Of a DNA stretch of 64,000 nucleotides, positions 1 to 8,536 are shown piece after piece. Each line of letters begins with the position of its first letter. Within the stretch, counting starts at the first letter, position 1. Source of the stretch: Candidatus Delongbacteria bacterium (GTDB taxonomy: Bacteria > UBA4055). The translations under genes were made by a program, and so were the position numbers. Where the stretch lies: contig QKDR01000019.1 in the NCBI GenBank assembly GCA_003252515.1, forward strand, positions 11,110 through 75,109, in the 5' to 3' direction. The notes beneath the pieces are model-generated. The model worked only from the letters and a program-made list of their open reading frames with translations, had not been told where the DNA came from and did not search any database.

Positions 1-3000
1 CGCAAGAACGACCGAACAGAAGAACAGAATGCAGGCGGCGGTGCTCTACAATCTTTCAATGACGGAATATGAAACCGGAAATGCGGAGATCGCGCAAGAA
101 GTGTTCCTTAAAGGGAAGGCGGCTGCAGAACTGACACAGGACAAACTGCTCAAATGGCGTTATCTCCTCAGGTCTGGCGATATAGAACAAGATGGAAAAG
201 CTAAGCTTGAATACTGGCTGGAAGCCGAAAAGCTGCTGTCGGAATACCTTCCCTCAACGGCGGACTACGAGCTTATTACAGGCTGGCGTGACGACATCAG
301 GCCCCTCTACGACCGGATCATATCCTCGTATGCTGACTCCGGAGAGCCGGAAAAGGCTATGAATTACGCGGAAAGATATAAAAGCAGGACAATTCTCAAC
401 TATTATTCCAGCCGTTACCTCGATTACAGGGAGCAGCTCCACAAGATACATATTAAAAAGATCAGATACAACAACGATGAGATCGTAAGGTACAGGCACA
501 GAGCAGAAGTGATGCGGAATAAGAATCCGGAAAAATACGCCAAAACGATCGCGGAATATGAAAAGCAGGCTGATTTTTACGAAAATGAACTGACGGAGAT
601 ATATGACCAGATAAAAAGATCAAGTGATGAGAGGCTGCTCCAGTTCGTAAGTATAGATGATATAGACACTGAAGCTTTATCGGATATTTTGGGCGAATAT
701 AAGGCTGTTTTGTCGATATATTCCCTGACTGACAGGGATTTGTATTTTTACAGGGACTATAAGGGTGTCAGGTTTTTTTCTACAGAACCAGGTGAAGTAA
801 TGCCATTCAATCAGATATCCGAAGAACTTGAAGATATCGAGCATTTATTCGTAATTCAGGACGGTGTTAACGACATCAACTATTCAGGAGCGCCTGAACA
901 TCTCGTTGTAACTCTGCTGCCTACAATACAGAGCATGAAGACCGTCACCGAGAATGCTAACATTAACTATTCTGAACTGAAAAAAGCATCGGAATATACG
1001 GTTGCCGGGAACGAAATATCAGCCGCTTTCGAGAATGGTGGTATAATTTATTTCGATATTCCTGCTGTAACAGACGGCGTGAACGTTCTGGAAACCTCTT
1101 TCTTATTCGGGGGAAACAGGATCAGGGTCAGCGACTTCCTCAAGTACAAGATCCCGGCTTACGCTGTGCTTATATCAGACGCAGTGATATCTTCCGACCC
1201 TGCCGGAGCGGTCATTACGGCCAACAGTCTGATCTTTGCCGGAGCGCAGACGGTTATAATGCCGGCACAGGAACAGGACGACAGCTGCATGAAGGTGCTG
1301 GCTGAGAAACTGAAGGAGGAAGCTCCGGAAAAGGACATCACTTCCGTGATCAGGGAGAACGGGATTAAGTGTACTATATACGGACTGTCCGGGATGGACA
1401 GGGATGCTCAGCGTGAGTTCGCTACGGTCAATCTCAGATCGTCTCTGGTAAACGGGGTCAGGTACTTCAACAGCAGGGTCTATGAGAAGGCGGCAGTTCA
1501 TTTTATTCAGGCTCTGGCCATGGCAAGGAATACGGGGGATAAACAGGAGCTGAATATTCTCAAAACGCTGATAAGCTCTCTGTCTAAAATGAAAGATTAC
1601 AGAAGAGCGGTCAGTTACGGACTCGAACTGATAGCGTATGCGGAGAAAAATTCTCTGGAGAATGAACTCCTGCAGGCATACGATTCGGTCTCGAAAGATC
1701 ATTTCAGGAATAAAGAATACGATAAAAGCATCGAATATCAGAATAAGATACTTAATTTTCCGGGTGTATCTGAAAAGGAGATTCTGTCGGTTTACGACAT
1801 GCTTTCAGTGATATATTCCTACAGCGGCGATTACTTAAAGAGTATAGCATTTAAAAAGAAATATCTTGAAAGGTCAGGAATGACTGAACCGGATGATATA
1901 AACCTTTTCAGTACTGAAGCGGGAGGAAAGGAAGCCGAGCTGCTTTTCAACTCACTCAGAAATATTATGGTCAGCTATTACAGAGCTGGAGAGACTGATT
2001 CGGCGCTTTATGTTTATGACAGCATAAATAACAATCTGGATATTTTCGAAGACGTTAGCGGCGAAGCTTTCGGCGGTCTGCTTGAGTCTGCCGGGCTGTG
2101 CTATATGAAAAAATCATTATACAAAAAAGCGGAAGAACAATACATAGAGGCTCTGGACTATTTCAGGAATGAAGAACAGAAAGTGTCTCTTTACATCGAT
2201 CTTGCCGACCTTTATTACTACACTGACAAGCTGTCATCCGCGGTCAAATATCTTGAAATGGCTGAAGCAGGCAATCCGGGCGATCCTGAAAAAATGAGGA
2301 TATACAATACAAGGAGTCTGGTAGAGGTCAAGCTGAACGATCTACCCGCGGCTATATCATATTCATATAAAGCGCTGGAAAAGACCATTGAAACGGCGGA
2401 TGTTTCGGGCGAGGCTACGGCCAGGGTGAATCTCGCTAAGATCATGATCCTGGATGACGACATTTCAGGTGCTGTCAGGAACCTTCAGAAAAGTATAGAA
2501 CTTTCCAGGAAATCCGGTAATATCAGGGCGGAAGCTTCTGCGAATTTCTATAAGGGAGAGATATTTTTGAATACAGCCGATAAACCGGACAGTTCTCTTT
2601 ACTATTACGGAACATGCGCCACACTGTCAGTACTGTCAGAGGACGATTATTTCCTTTCCAGAGCCTGCTATGGTAAAGGGATATCGTACCTTGCGCTGAA
2701 CAAGGCGGATTCTTCCGAAGTTTATCTGATTAGCAGTCTCTCATTATCCGGTAGACTCGGGTTCAATGATGTTTATCTTTCTTCCGCCTATGCTCTTTCA
2801 GGTATATATGAGGATAAACAGACATATAAAGCGACAGATATGCTTGATCAACTCACTGCGAGATCGGGGGAACTTCTCGTTTCGGGAGAGAACCAGCTTC
2901 CATCGGATCAGTTGTCGGTTATAATGTCCGGTTATGAAAGAAAGATACATCTGCTGCTCGGTAACGGCAAAACTGAAGAAGCTCTGTCGGCGATCCGGGA

Positions 3001-4066
3001 AAGGGACGGATTTTACTCGATGAACGACCTTAAGCATTTTTCAGGAAATAAGTCAGAAAACGAAAAAAATAAAACTGTCGCTTCAGACGATATAAAAAAG
3101 GAACTCAATGATGGAATGGCGTTCCTGCTGATACTGCCTTACGGTAATTCTGTTTATATGGTCGTAATAACGAAAAACAATATGCTCATGAACAGATCAG
3201 CACTTCCAAAGGAAACGGAAGAAATGGTGTCGAGAATCAGATCAAAAAGCGATTTTACGGGACCTTCAAAGAAAGTATACGAAACTATGTTCAGTAAAGA
3301 TGTTCAGGACGTTCTCTCCGGCATAAATGATATTGTGATCTATTCGTACGGAAGCATGAAGAATTTCCCGTTCGACGCGCTTTACGACGGGAAAGAATAC
3401 CTGATAGATAAATATAATATTACCGAAACCGACAGGATCGGCTTTAAAGAATCTGGACAGGCCGCAGTACAGAGTATATCGTTTTCCGATCCGTTCACTG
3501 CGGAAAGCGAACTTGTCTTCGCGAAAAGGGAGGCTGTAGCGCTTTCTGAAGCGTTCAGGAATACCACGCCGGTAAGCGGGATGGAGGCGACCGAGTCGCT
3601 GCTGAGATCGCCGATGATGGAAGACTACAGCATGATCCACCTTCCTGTCCACAGTTTTATAATGAGCAGGGATTCTCTTGCGGCATCAGGCAGAACGAGC
3701 TACATACAGCTCTCAGCCGATGACTATAACGACGGCAGGCTGGAGTGGAATGAGATCGTTTCCGGCAGCTACAAAGGAAAGCAGGTCATCCTTTCAGGAT
3801 GCGACACAGGCGGCGGTTCGGGACAGGAATATTATTCCTCCTTCGATCTTACCGGCGCGTTCCTCGAATCAGGTGCAAGGTCCGTCATTTCAAGTAAATG
3901 GCGCACGGACGACCTTGCGGCATCTGTACTAATGAAGCGCTACTTCAGATATCTCGCAACGGGTCAGAATGAAGCTGAAGCGCTTTCCCAGGCTAAACGG
4001 GATGTAAGAGCATATCTGAACCCTCACCCTTATTTTTGGGCCAATTTCAAGCTGTCAATCAGATAA
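1..4066 (+). CDS. Large TPR-repeat CHAT (caspase-like, clan CD) protease; 5' end probably lies upstream of the window
   Basis: ORF 29..4066, with the frame also open from nt 2 (ARTTEQKNR-M). It has many TPR-like helical repeats and C-terminal CHAT motifs PFDALYDGKEYLIDKY, ATES, IHLPVHS (His), LSGCDTG (Cys), GARSVISSKW.TDD and HPYFWANF. Confidence 0.88.
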   Translation, partial: ARTTEQKNRMQAAVLYNLSMTEYETGNAEIAQEVFLKGKAAAELTQDKLLKWRYLLRSGDIEQDGKAKLEYWLEAEKLLSEYLPSTADYELITGWRDDIRPLYDRIISSYADSGEPEKAMNYAERYKSRTILNYYSSRYLDYREQLHKIHIKKIRYNNDEIVRYRHRAEVMRNKNPEKYAKTIAEYEKQADFYENELTEIYDQIKRSSDERLLQFVSIDDIDTEALSDILGEYKAVLSIYSLTDRDLYFYRDYKGVRFFSTEPGEVMPFNQISEELEDIEHLFVIQDGVNDINYSGAPEHLVVTLLPTIQSMKTVTENANINYSELKKASEYTVAGNEISAAFENGGIIYFDIPAVTDGVNVLETSFLFGGNRIRVSDFLKYKIPAYAVLISDAVISSDPAGAVITANSLIFAGAQTVIMPAQEQDDSCMKVLAEKLKEEAPEKDITSVIRENGIKCTIYGLSGMDRDAQREFATVNLRSSLVNGVRYFNSRVYEKAAVHFIQALAMARNTGDKQELNILKTLISSLSKMKDYRRAVSYGLELIAYAEKNSLENELLQAYDSVSKDHFRNKEYDKSIEYQNKILNFPGVSEKEILSVYDMLSVIYSYSGDYLKSIAFKKKYLERSGMTEPDDINLFSTEAGGKEAELLFNSLRNIMVSYYRAGETDSALYVYDSINNNLDIFEDVSGEAFGGLLESAGLCYMKKSLYKKAEEQYIEALDYFRNEEQKVSLYIDLADLYYYTDKLSSAVKYLEMAEAGNPGDPEKMRIYNTRSLVEVKLNDLPAAISYSYKALEKTIETADVSGEATARVNLAKIMILDDDISGAVRNLQKSIELSRKSGNIRAEASANFYKGEIFLNTADKPDSSLYYYGTCATLSVLSEDDYFLSRACYGKGISYLALNKADSSEVYLISSLSLSGRLGFNDVYLSSAYALSGIYEDKQTYKATDMLDQLTARSGELLVSGENQLPSDQLSVIMSGYERKIHLLLGNGKTEEALSAIRERDGFYSMNDLKHFSGNKSENEKNKTVASDDIKKELNDGMAFLLILPYGNSVYMVVITKNNMLMNRSALPKETEEMVSRIRSKSDFTGPSKKVYETMFSKDVQDVLSGINDIVIYSYGSMKNFPFDALYDGKEYLIDKYNITETDRIGFKESGQAAVQSISFSDPFTAESELVFAKREAVALSEAFRNTTPVSGMEATESLLRSPMMEDYSMIHLPVHSFIMSRDSLAASGRTSYIQLSADDYNDGRLEWNEIVSGSYKGKQVILSGCDTGGGSGQEYYSSFDLTGAFLESGARSVISSKWRTDDLAASVLMKRYFRYLATGQNEAEALSQAKRDVRAYLNPHPYFWANFKLSIR

Positions 4067-4094
4067 AATAAAAAAGCCCGTTGTCGACGGGCTT
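4067..4094 (-). terminator. Intrinsic terminator for buk, between convergent genes
   Basis: Stem AAGCCCGT-tgtcg-ACGGGCTT (4074-4094); the A-tract on its left reads as a U-tract on the minus strand. Confidence 0.7.
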
Positions 4095-4114
4095 CAGATC
4101 ATAAAATATAAATA

Positions 4115-5188
4115 CTACACATATTCTATCGGTTCGATTTCCTTGTTGAGTACCATCAGACCGTTCATTGAAAGCGCTTCCATTTCATCTTCGCCGGGAT
4201 AAACGATCATAGGAGCTATCCATTCGCAGATCTCTCTCATTTTTACTATGAAAGGTTTGTTGTATGCAATACCGCCGGTGATGATGATCGCGTCGACTTT
4301 TCCCTTGAGGACTGTAGCCATCGCGCCTATGAATTTGCCGATCTGGTAAGCCATCGCGCAGTGGATCAGTTCGGCGTGCTTATCTCCCGCTTCGACCCTC
4401 TTTTCAACTTCATAAGCATCGTTCGTTCCCAGATGAGCTGCAAAACCGCCTTTTCCGGTAACCATTTTTCTCATTTCGTCTATAGTGTATTTTCCGCTGA
4501 ACGCCATAGTGATCACGTCGCCGACCGGAAGAGTTCCGCTCCTTTCGGGTGAGAACGGGCCTTCGCCGTCAATTGCCTGATTCACGTCAATAACTTTTCC
4601 TTCTCTGTGAGCTCCGATGGATATACCGCCGCCGAGGTGCGCTACTATCAGGTTCAGTTTATCGTAAGGTCTGTCGATGCTTTTTGCGTATTTTCTTGCG
4701 ACGGCTTTCTGATTCAGAGCGTGAAAAATAGATACTCTCTGGAAAAGAGGATGTCCGGATATACGGGCAAGATCATGGAATTCGTCAACTACGACAGGAT
4801 CCGCGATATATGCCTGAGCATCAGGTAAAGATTTCGCGATGTCGTCCGCGATAAGTCCGCCGAGGTTACTGGCGTGTTTTTTTTCAGCATGAATAAGATC
4901 GTGTTTCATTTTCTCATTTATCTTGAAAACACCGGAAGGAACCGGCTTTAAAATACCGCCTCTTCCTACTACTATCTTTATTTTGTCAAGATCGATCTCA
5001 GCTTCTTTAAGCTCCCGCAGGATGACTTCTTTCCTGAAATCAAACTGGTCGGTTATCTCCTTAAAGCTCGCAAGGTCTTCCACCGAATGTTTGATATTCT
5101 TGAGGAACAGAAGTTTGGTGCCGGCGTAAACCGCGATCTTCGTTGATGTCGAGCCCGGGTTTATGGCCAGTATTCTTTTTTCTTCCAT
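4115..5188 (-). CDS. buk: Butyrate kinase
   Basis: ILAINPGSTSTK, VGRGG, HASNLG, HALNQKA, HLGGGISIGAH, GPFSPERSG and YPGEDEMEAL. Confidence 0.95.
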   Translation of the reverse strand: MEEKRILAINPGSTSTKIAVYAGTKLLFLKNIKHSVEDLASFKEITDQFDFRKEVILRELKEAEIDLDKIKIVVGRGGILKPVPSGVFKINEKMKHDLIHAEKKHASNLGGLIADDIAKSLPDAQAYIADPVVVDEFHDLARISGHPLFQRVSIFHALNQKAVARKYAKSIDRPYDKLNLIVAHLGGGISIGAHREGKVIDVNQAIDGEGPFSPERSGTLPVGDVITMAFSGKYTIDEMRKMVTGKGGFAAHLGTNDAYEVEKRVEAGDKHAELIHCAMAYQIGKFIGAMATVLKGKVDAIIITGGIAYNKPFIVKMREICEWIAPMIVYPGEDEMEALSMNGLMVLNKEIEPIEYV

Positions 5189-5222
5189 TATTTTCTCCTT
5201 AATTATTATAAAATTTCAGTTA

Positions 5223-6131
5223 TTATGCCATCAGGCACGACATCGCGATGCAGTAATATTTTGACTTTTCGCTTTCGCTTCTGCTCATTACGACCACCGG
5301 TTTCTCAGTTCCCTGGATCAGTCCGCCCAATTCCGCTCCGGCAAACAGCATCAGGCCTTTATAAAAAGCGTTACACGCATCAAGAGAAGGGAAGATCAGT
5401 ATATCGGCGTCCCCGTCGACGGGAGTGTGGACACCTTTGATCTCTACGCTTTCCTTGTCACATGCCAGAAATATGTCGAGCGGGCCGTCAACGATACAGT
5501 TGTCGAGCTGTTTTCTTTCAGCCATTTTACATATAGCTGAATAATCTATCGTGTTAGGAAAATTAGGACTTACTTTTTCACTTGCACCTATAAGAGCGAC
5601 CTTAGGTCTTTCTATACCGAAAGCTCTCGCCATATTCAGACAGTATTTAATTTCGGCAAGTTTCTGTTTAAGATCCGGAAAAGGAAGTACCGCGGTATCG
5701 GAGACGAAAAGGAGTTTATGGTAAGCGGGGACCTGCATGACCGCCACATAGCTCATTATGGCTCCCGGCGGAAGAAGTCCTTTGTTCTTGTCAAGAACAG
5801 CTTTAAGAAATTCATCGGTACCGACAAGCCCTTTCATCAGAACATCAGCCTCGCCGGACTTTACCATTTCAAGGGCTTTCTCGATCGCGTTGGACGGGTG
5901 ATCGCAGTGTATTATGGTGAAAATGGAAGGATCTATTCCCTCTTCTTTAGCTCTCTGTTCGATCTTAGACTTGTTTCCGATAAGTACAGCCTCGGCAAAA
6001 CCGTCTTTTACTGCTCTTGAAATCGCTCCGATCGTGTTCTGATCCTCACCGGAAGCTACAGCGATCTTCTTTTTTATCCCTGACTTAATTACATGTTCGA
6101 CCATCTGGTCAAGAGATTTGATAGGTTCCAT
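5223..6131 (-). CDS. ptb: Phosphate butyryl/acyltransferase (copy 2)
   Basis: LMKGLV, DGPLD, DADILIFP, VVVMSRSES..K; directly upstream of buk. Confidence 0.85.
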   Translation of the reverse strand: MEPIKSLDQMVEHVIKSGIKKKIAVASGEDQNTIGAISRAVKDGFAEAVLIGNKSKIEQRAKEEGIDPSIFTIIHCDHPSNAIEKALEMVKSGEADVLMKGLVGTDEFLKAVLDKNKGLLPPGAIMSYVAVMQVPAYHKLLFVSDTAVLPFPDLKQKLAEIKYCLNMARAFGIERPKVALIGASEKVSPNFPNTIDYSAICKMAERKQLDNCIVDGPLDIFLACDKESVEIKGVHTPVDGDADILIFPSLDACNAFYKGLMLFAGAELGGLIQGTEKPVVVMSRSESEKSKYYCIAMSCLMA

Positions 6132-7033
6132 TATGCGTTCATCGCTCCGAGAGCTATCGAGTACAGTTTAGTTTTGACGCTGTCGCCTCTTGATGAAAGA
6201 ACGGCCGGTACTTTTGCGCCTACAACGATCGCTCCCAGTTCTCCGCCGCAAAGCTTTGTATGGCATTTGTAGAAAGTGTTACCCGCTTCGATATTCGGGA
6301 AAACGATGCAGTCGGCATCACCGGCGACCGGGCTCTTAAGCTTCTTTATCCCGGCGCTTTCTTTGTCGATGGCGACATCGAGTGCAAGAGGTCCGTCAAC
6401 AATCGCGCCTTTGATCTGTCCGCGGTCAGCCATCTGGGTGATAATAGCTGCATCGGTACATGAAGGATATTTATAGGAAACTTGTTCCGTGAATGAATGA
6501 ATGGCCACTTTCGGAGTTTCAATGCCAAGAGATTTCGCTACTTTGATGACATAGTTCGTTATAGCGATCTTCTGTTCAAGGTCCGGAAGAATAATCAAAG
6601 CGACATCTGACACGACCAGCAGTTTATGATATGCGGGATTTTCCAGTACTGTGACATGAGTAAGTACAGCCTTAGGAGGAGTGAGTCCTTTTTCTTTATC
6701 CAGTATAGCCTTCATGTATTTATCACTGCTGACAAGGCCTTTCATGATAAAGTCCGCTTTTCCCTCGTTCACGATCTCAACCGCTTTTCTTGTCGCGGTC
6801 ATTTCATCGCTTTCATCTACTATCTGAAATTTATTGATGTCAATATTTTCTTCTTTACAGACTTTTTCGATCTCGGTTCTGGACCCTACGAGCGTTCCCT
6901 CGATAATACCCATGTCTATCGCATGACTTACAGCATCTATAGTGTGAGCGTCATTGGCGTAAGCCGCAACCATTCTTTTTTTAGGTTTCGATTTTAGTTC
7001 TTCCAGCATCTGGTCGAGTTTTGTGATAGGCAT
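6131..7033 (-). CDS. ptb: Phosphate butyryl/acyltransferase (copy 1)
   Basis: IMKGLV, DGPLALDVA, PVAGDAD...PNIEAGN, LSSRGDS..K. Start moved from 7069 to the ATG at 7033 because GGAGGGAACA precedes it. Confidence 0.88.
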   Translation of the reverse strand: MPITKLDQMLEELKSKPKKRMVAAYANDAHTIDAVSHAIDMGIIEGTLVGSRTEIEKVCKEENIDINKFQIVDESDEMTATRKAVEIVNEGKADFIMKGLVSSDKYMKAILDKEKGLTPPKAVLTHVTVLENPAYHKLLVVSDVALIILPDLEQKIAITNYVIKVAKSLGIETPKVAIHSFTEQVSYKYPSCTDAAIITQMADRGQIKGAIVDGPLALDVAIDKESAGIKKLKSPVAGDADCIVFPNIEAGNTFYKCHTKLCGGELGAIVVGAKVPAVLSSRGDSVKTKLYSIALGAMNA

Positions 7034-7080
7034 TGTTCCCTCCAATAATAAAATTATTTCAATAGACAAATTAAGGATAC

Positions 7081-7111
7081 CAAAAATAATTTTTTGATAA
7101 CATTAAGTCAA
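7081..7111 (-). promoter_or_regulatory. Putative housekeeping promoter of ptb-ptb-buk
   Basis: Minus strand TTGACT-17 nt-TATTTT(TG). Confidence 0.5.
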
Positions 7112-7143
7112 GAAATTTATTATAGAGAATATGTCGTTAAAAT

Positions 7144-7341
7144 CTATCCGTCTATATCGTCAGCTTCCGGCATTATAAAAATAAGAAGGATATAGATCAG
7201 AAATCCCGGAAAAGCCGCGCTGAAAATTGATGCCAGAACATAACCTATTCTGACTATGGTCGGATCCCATTCCAGCCAGTCAGCTATTCCGCCGCACACA
7301 CCGAACAACATTGAATTCTTTTTAGATTTTGTAAGTCTCAT
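7144..7341 (-). CDS. Stand-alone PspC-domain membrane protein
   Basis: MRL.KS....ML.GVCGGIADWL.WDPT.VRI ... YILL.FIMP, the PspC signature; 65 aa. Confidence 0.88.
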   Translation of the reverse strand: MRLTKSKKNSMLFGVCGGIADWLEWDPTIVRIGYVLASIFSAAFPGFLIYILLIFIMPEADDIDG

Positions 7342-7407
7342 GTTTTCCTCCGTTTTATCTGTTAGACAGCATTTCCGGGAAAAAGTTGTCTTAATACAAG
7401 AGGTATT

Positions 7408-8307
7408 CTATTTTTTTCCGTCGCCGATATTCATCAGAGGTAGCGGATTGGGACTGTCTCCGTTGAGAAAGTATATTTTCGCGTTATCGTCTTTCGAGAT
7501 CGCTTTTAATGCATCAAGAGCCTGAAGTTTGATATAATTCGGATTGTTGCCTATAGAATTGTTTACTTTTGATATTCTGTACGCTTCAGCATCTGCAAGC
7601 AGCTTGATCTTATCCGCTTCCATAGATGCCGCGGTTTTTTCAGCCTCTGCCTGAGCTATTTTCTGCTGCTGTTCAGTCTTGAACCTTTCAAGTTCTGCTT
7701 TCTGTTTCTCGACTTCCTGCTCCCTTTCTTTCTTTTTCTCAATGGCGATCGTAATGAACTTGGGTAGAGTTATATCCCTGATAAGAACTGCGCTGACTTC
7801 GACTCCTTTAGGTTCAAGATATTCTTTCAGTCCCGCAAGAAGTGAATTCTCAAGAAATGTCTGTGTTTCATCAGTGAAGAAATCCTCTGCTCTTTTTATC
7901 GATTTACCCTGCTCGCGGATGATCGATCTTAATTTTGGGATGATATGTATCCTTAATACGTCATCGAAATCACCGGTAGACTTTAGTATTTCAGGCGTGT
8001 TAGCGGCTATCAGTCTGAACTGAACGCTCACATCAACGCTTGTCTGAAGCTGGTCCTGAGTCGGGACCTGAGCCTGTTCAAGATGGGTTTTTTCCCTTAC
8101 GTCGTAGATATGCCATCTGTAAAGCGGATTTACAGGAATATGAAGACCTTCATCATAGACTTTTTCCTGCACTTCTCCGAACAGAGTTGCTACACCGACA
8201 TGTCCCGCTTCTATGCTGATGAAAAACCTTTTTCCAAAAAGTAATACGATCAGCGCGATCAAAACTATGAAAGCGACTTTGAATTGTCTGAATCCTCCTG
8301 CTGCCAT
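7408..8307 (-). CDS. SPFH/prohibitin (band 7) family membrane protein
   Basis: N-terminal TM helix, I.AGHVGV.TLFG.V...YDEGLH, VLIRDITLP..I..AIEKK, and an AE-rich coiled coil. Confidence 0.88.
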   Translation of the reverse strand: MAAGGFRQFKVAFIVLIALIVLLFGKRFFISIEAGHVGVATLFGEVQEKVYDEGLHIPVNPLYRWHIYDVREKTHLEQAQVPTQDQLQTSVDVSVQFRLIAANTPEILKSTGDFDDVLRIHIIPKLRSIIREQGKSIKRAEDFFTDETQTFLENSLLAGLKEYLEPKGVEVSAVLIRDITLPKFITIAIEKKKEREQEVEKQKAELERFKTEQQQKIAQAEAEKTAASMEADKIKLLADAEAYRISKVNNSIGNNPNYIKLQALDALKAISKDDNAKIYFLNGDSPNPLPLMNIGDGKK

Positions 8308-8443
8308 AAATTCCTCCCTGTAAGGTTGTTATTAAGTAATTTAAATTAAAATCTCATAAAAGTCCATAAACATAATTCTTGAAAAAATACAGCGGTTTTA
8401 TTTTAGAAAAAACCATATAACCAAATATTTGTATATTTATATC

Positions 8444-8472
8444 TTGCAATAAATCGAAAATTTACATAAATT
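8444..8472 (+). promoter_or_regulatory. Putative promoter of the hdr-frd-suc-fum-mae operon
   Basis: TTGCAA-17 nt-TAAATT in an AT-rich divergent intergenic region. Confidence 0.5.
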
Positions 8473-8536
8473 CATATTTTTAATACTGAAGCACATCTTT
8501 TTTAACAATGTAAATTAAAATAGAACGGGTAATCAG

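Noticed and set aside
1..4066. TPR-CHAT as part of a Craspase/type III-E CRISPR or gasdermin system
   Set aside because: No cas genes, repeat-spacer array or recognisable substrate gene lie downstream, and the upstream context is outside the window, so it cannot be supported.
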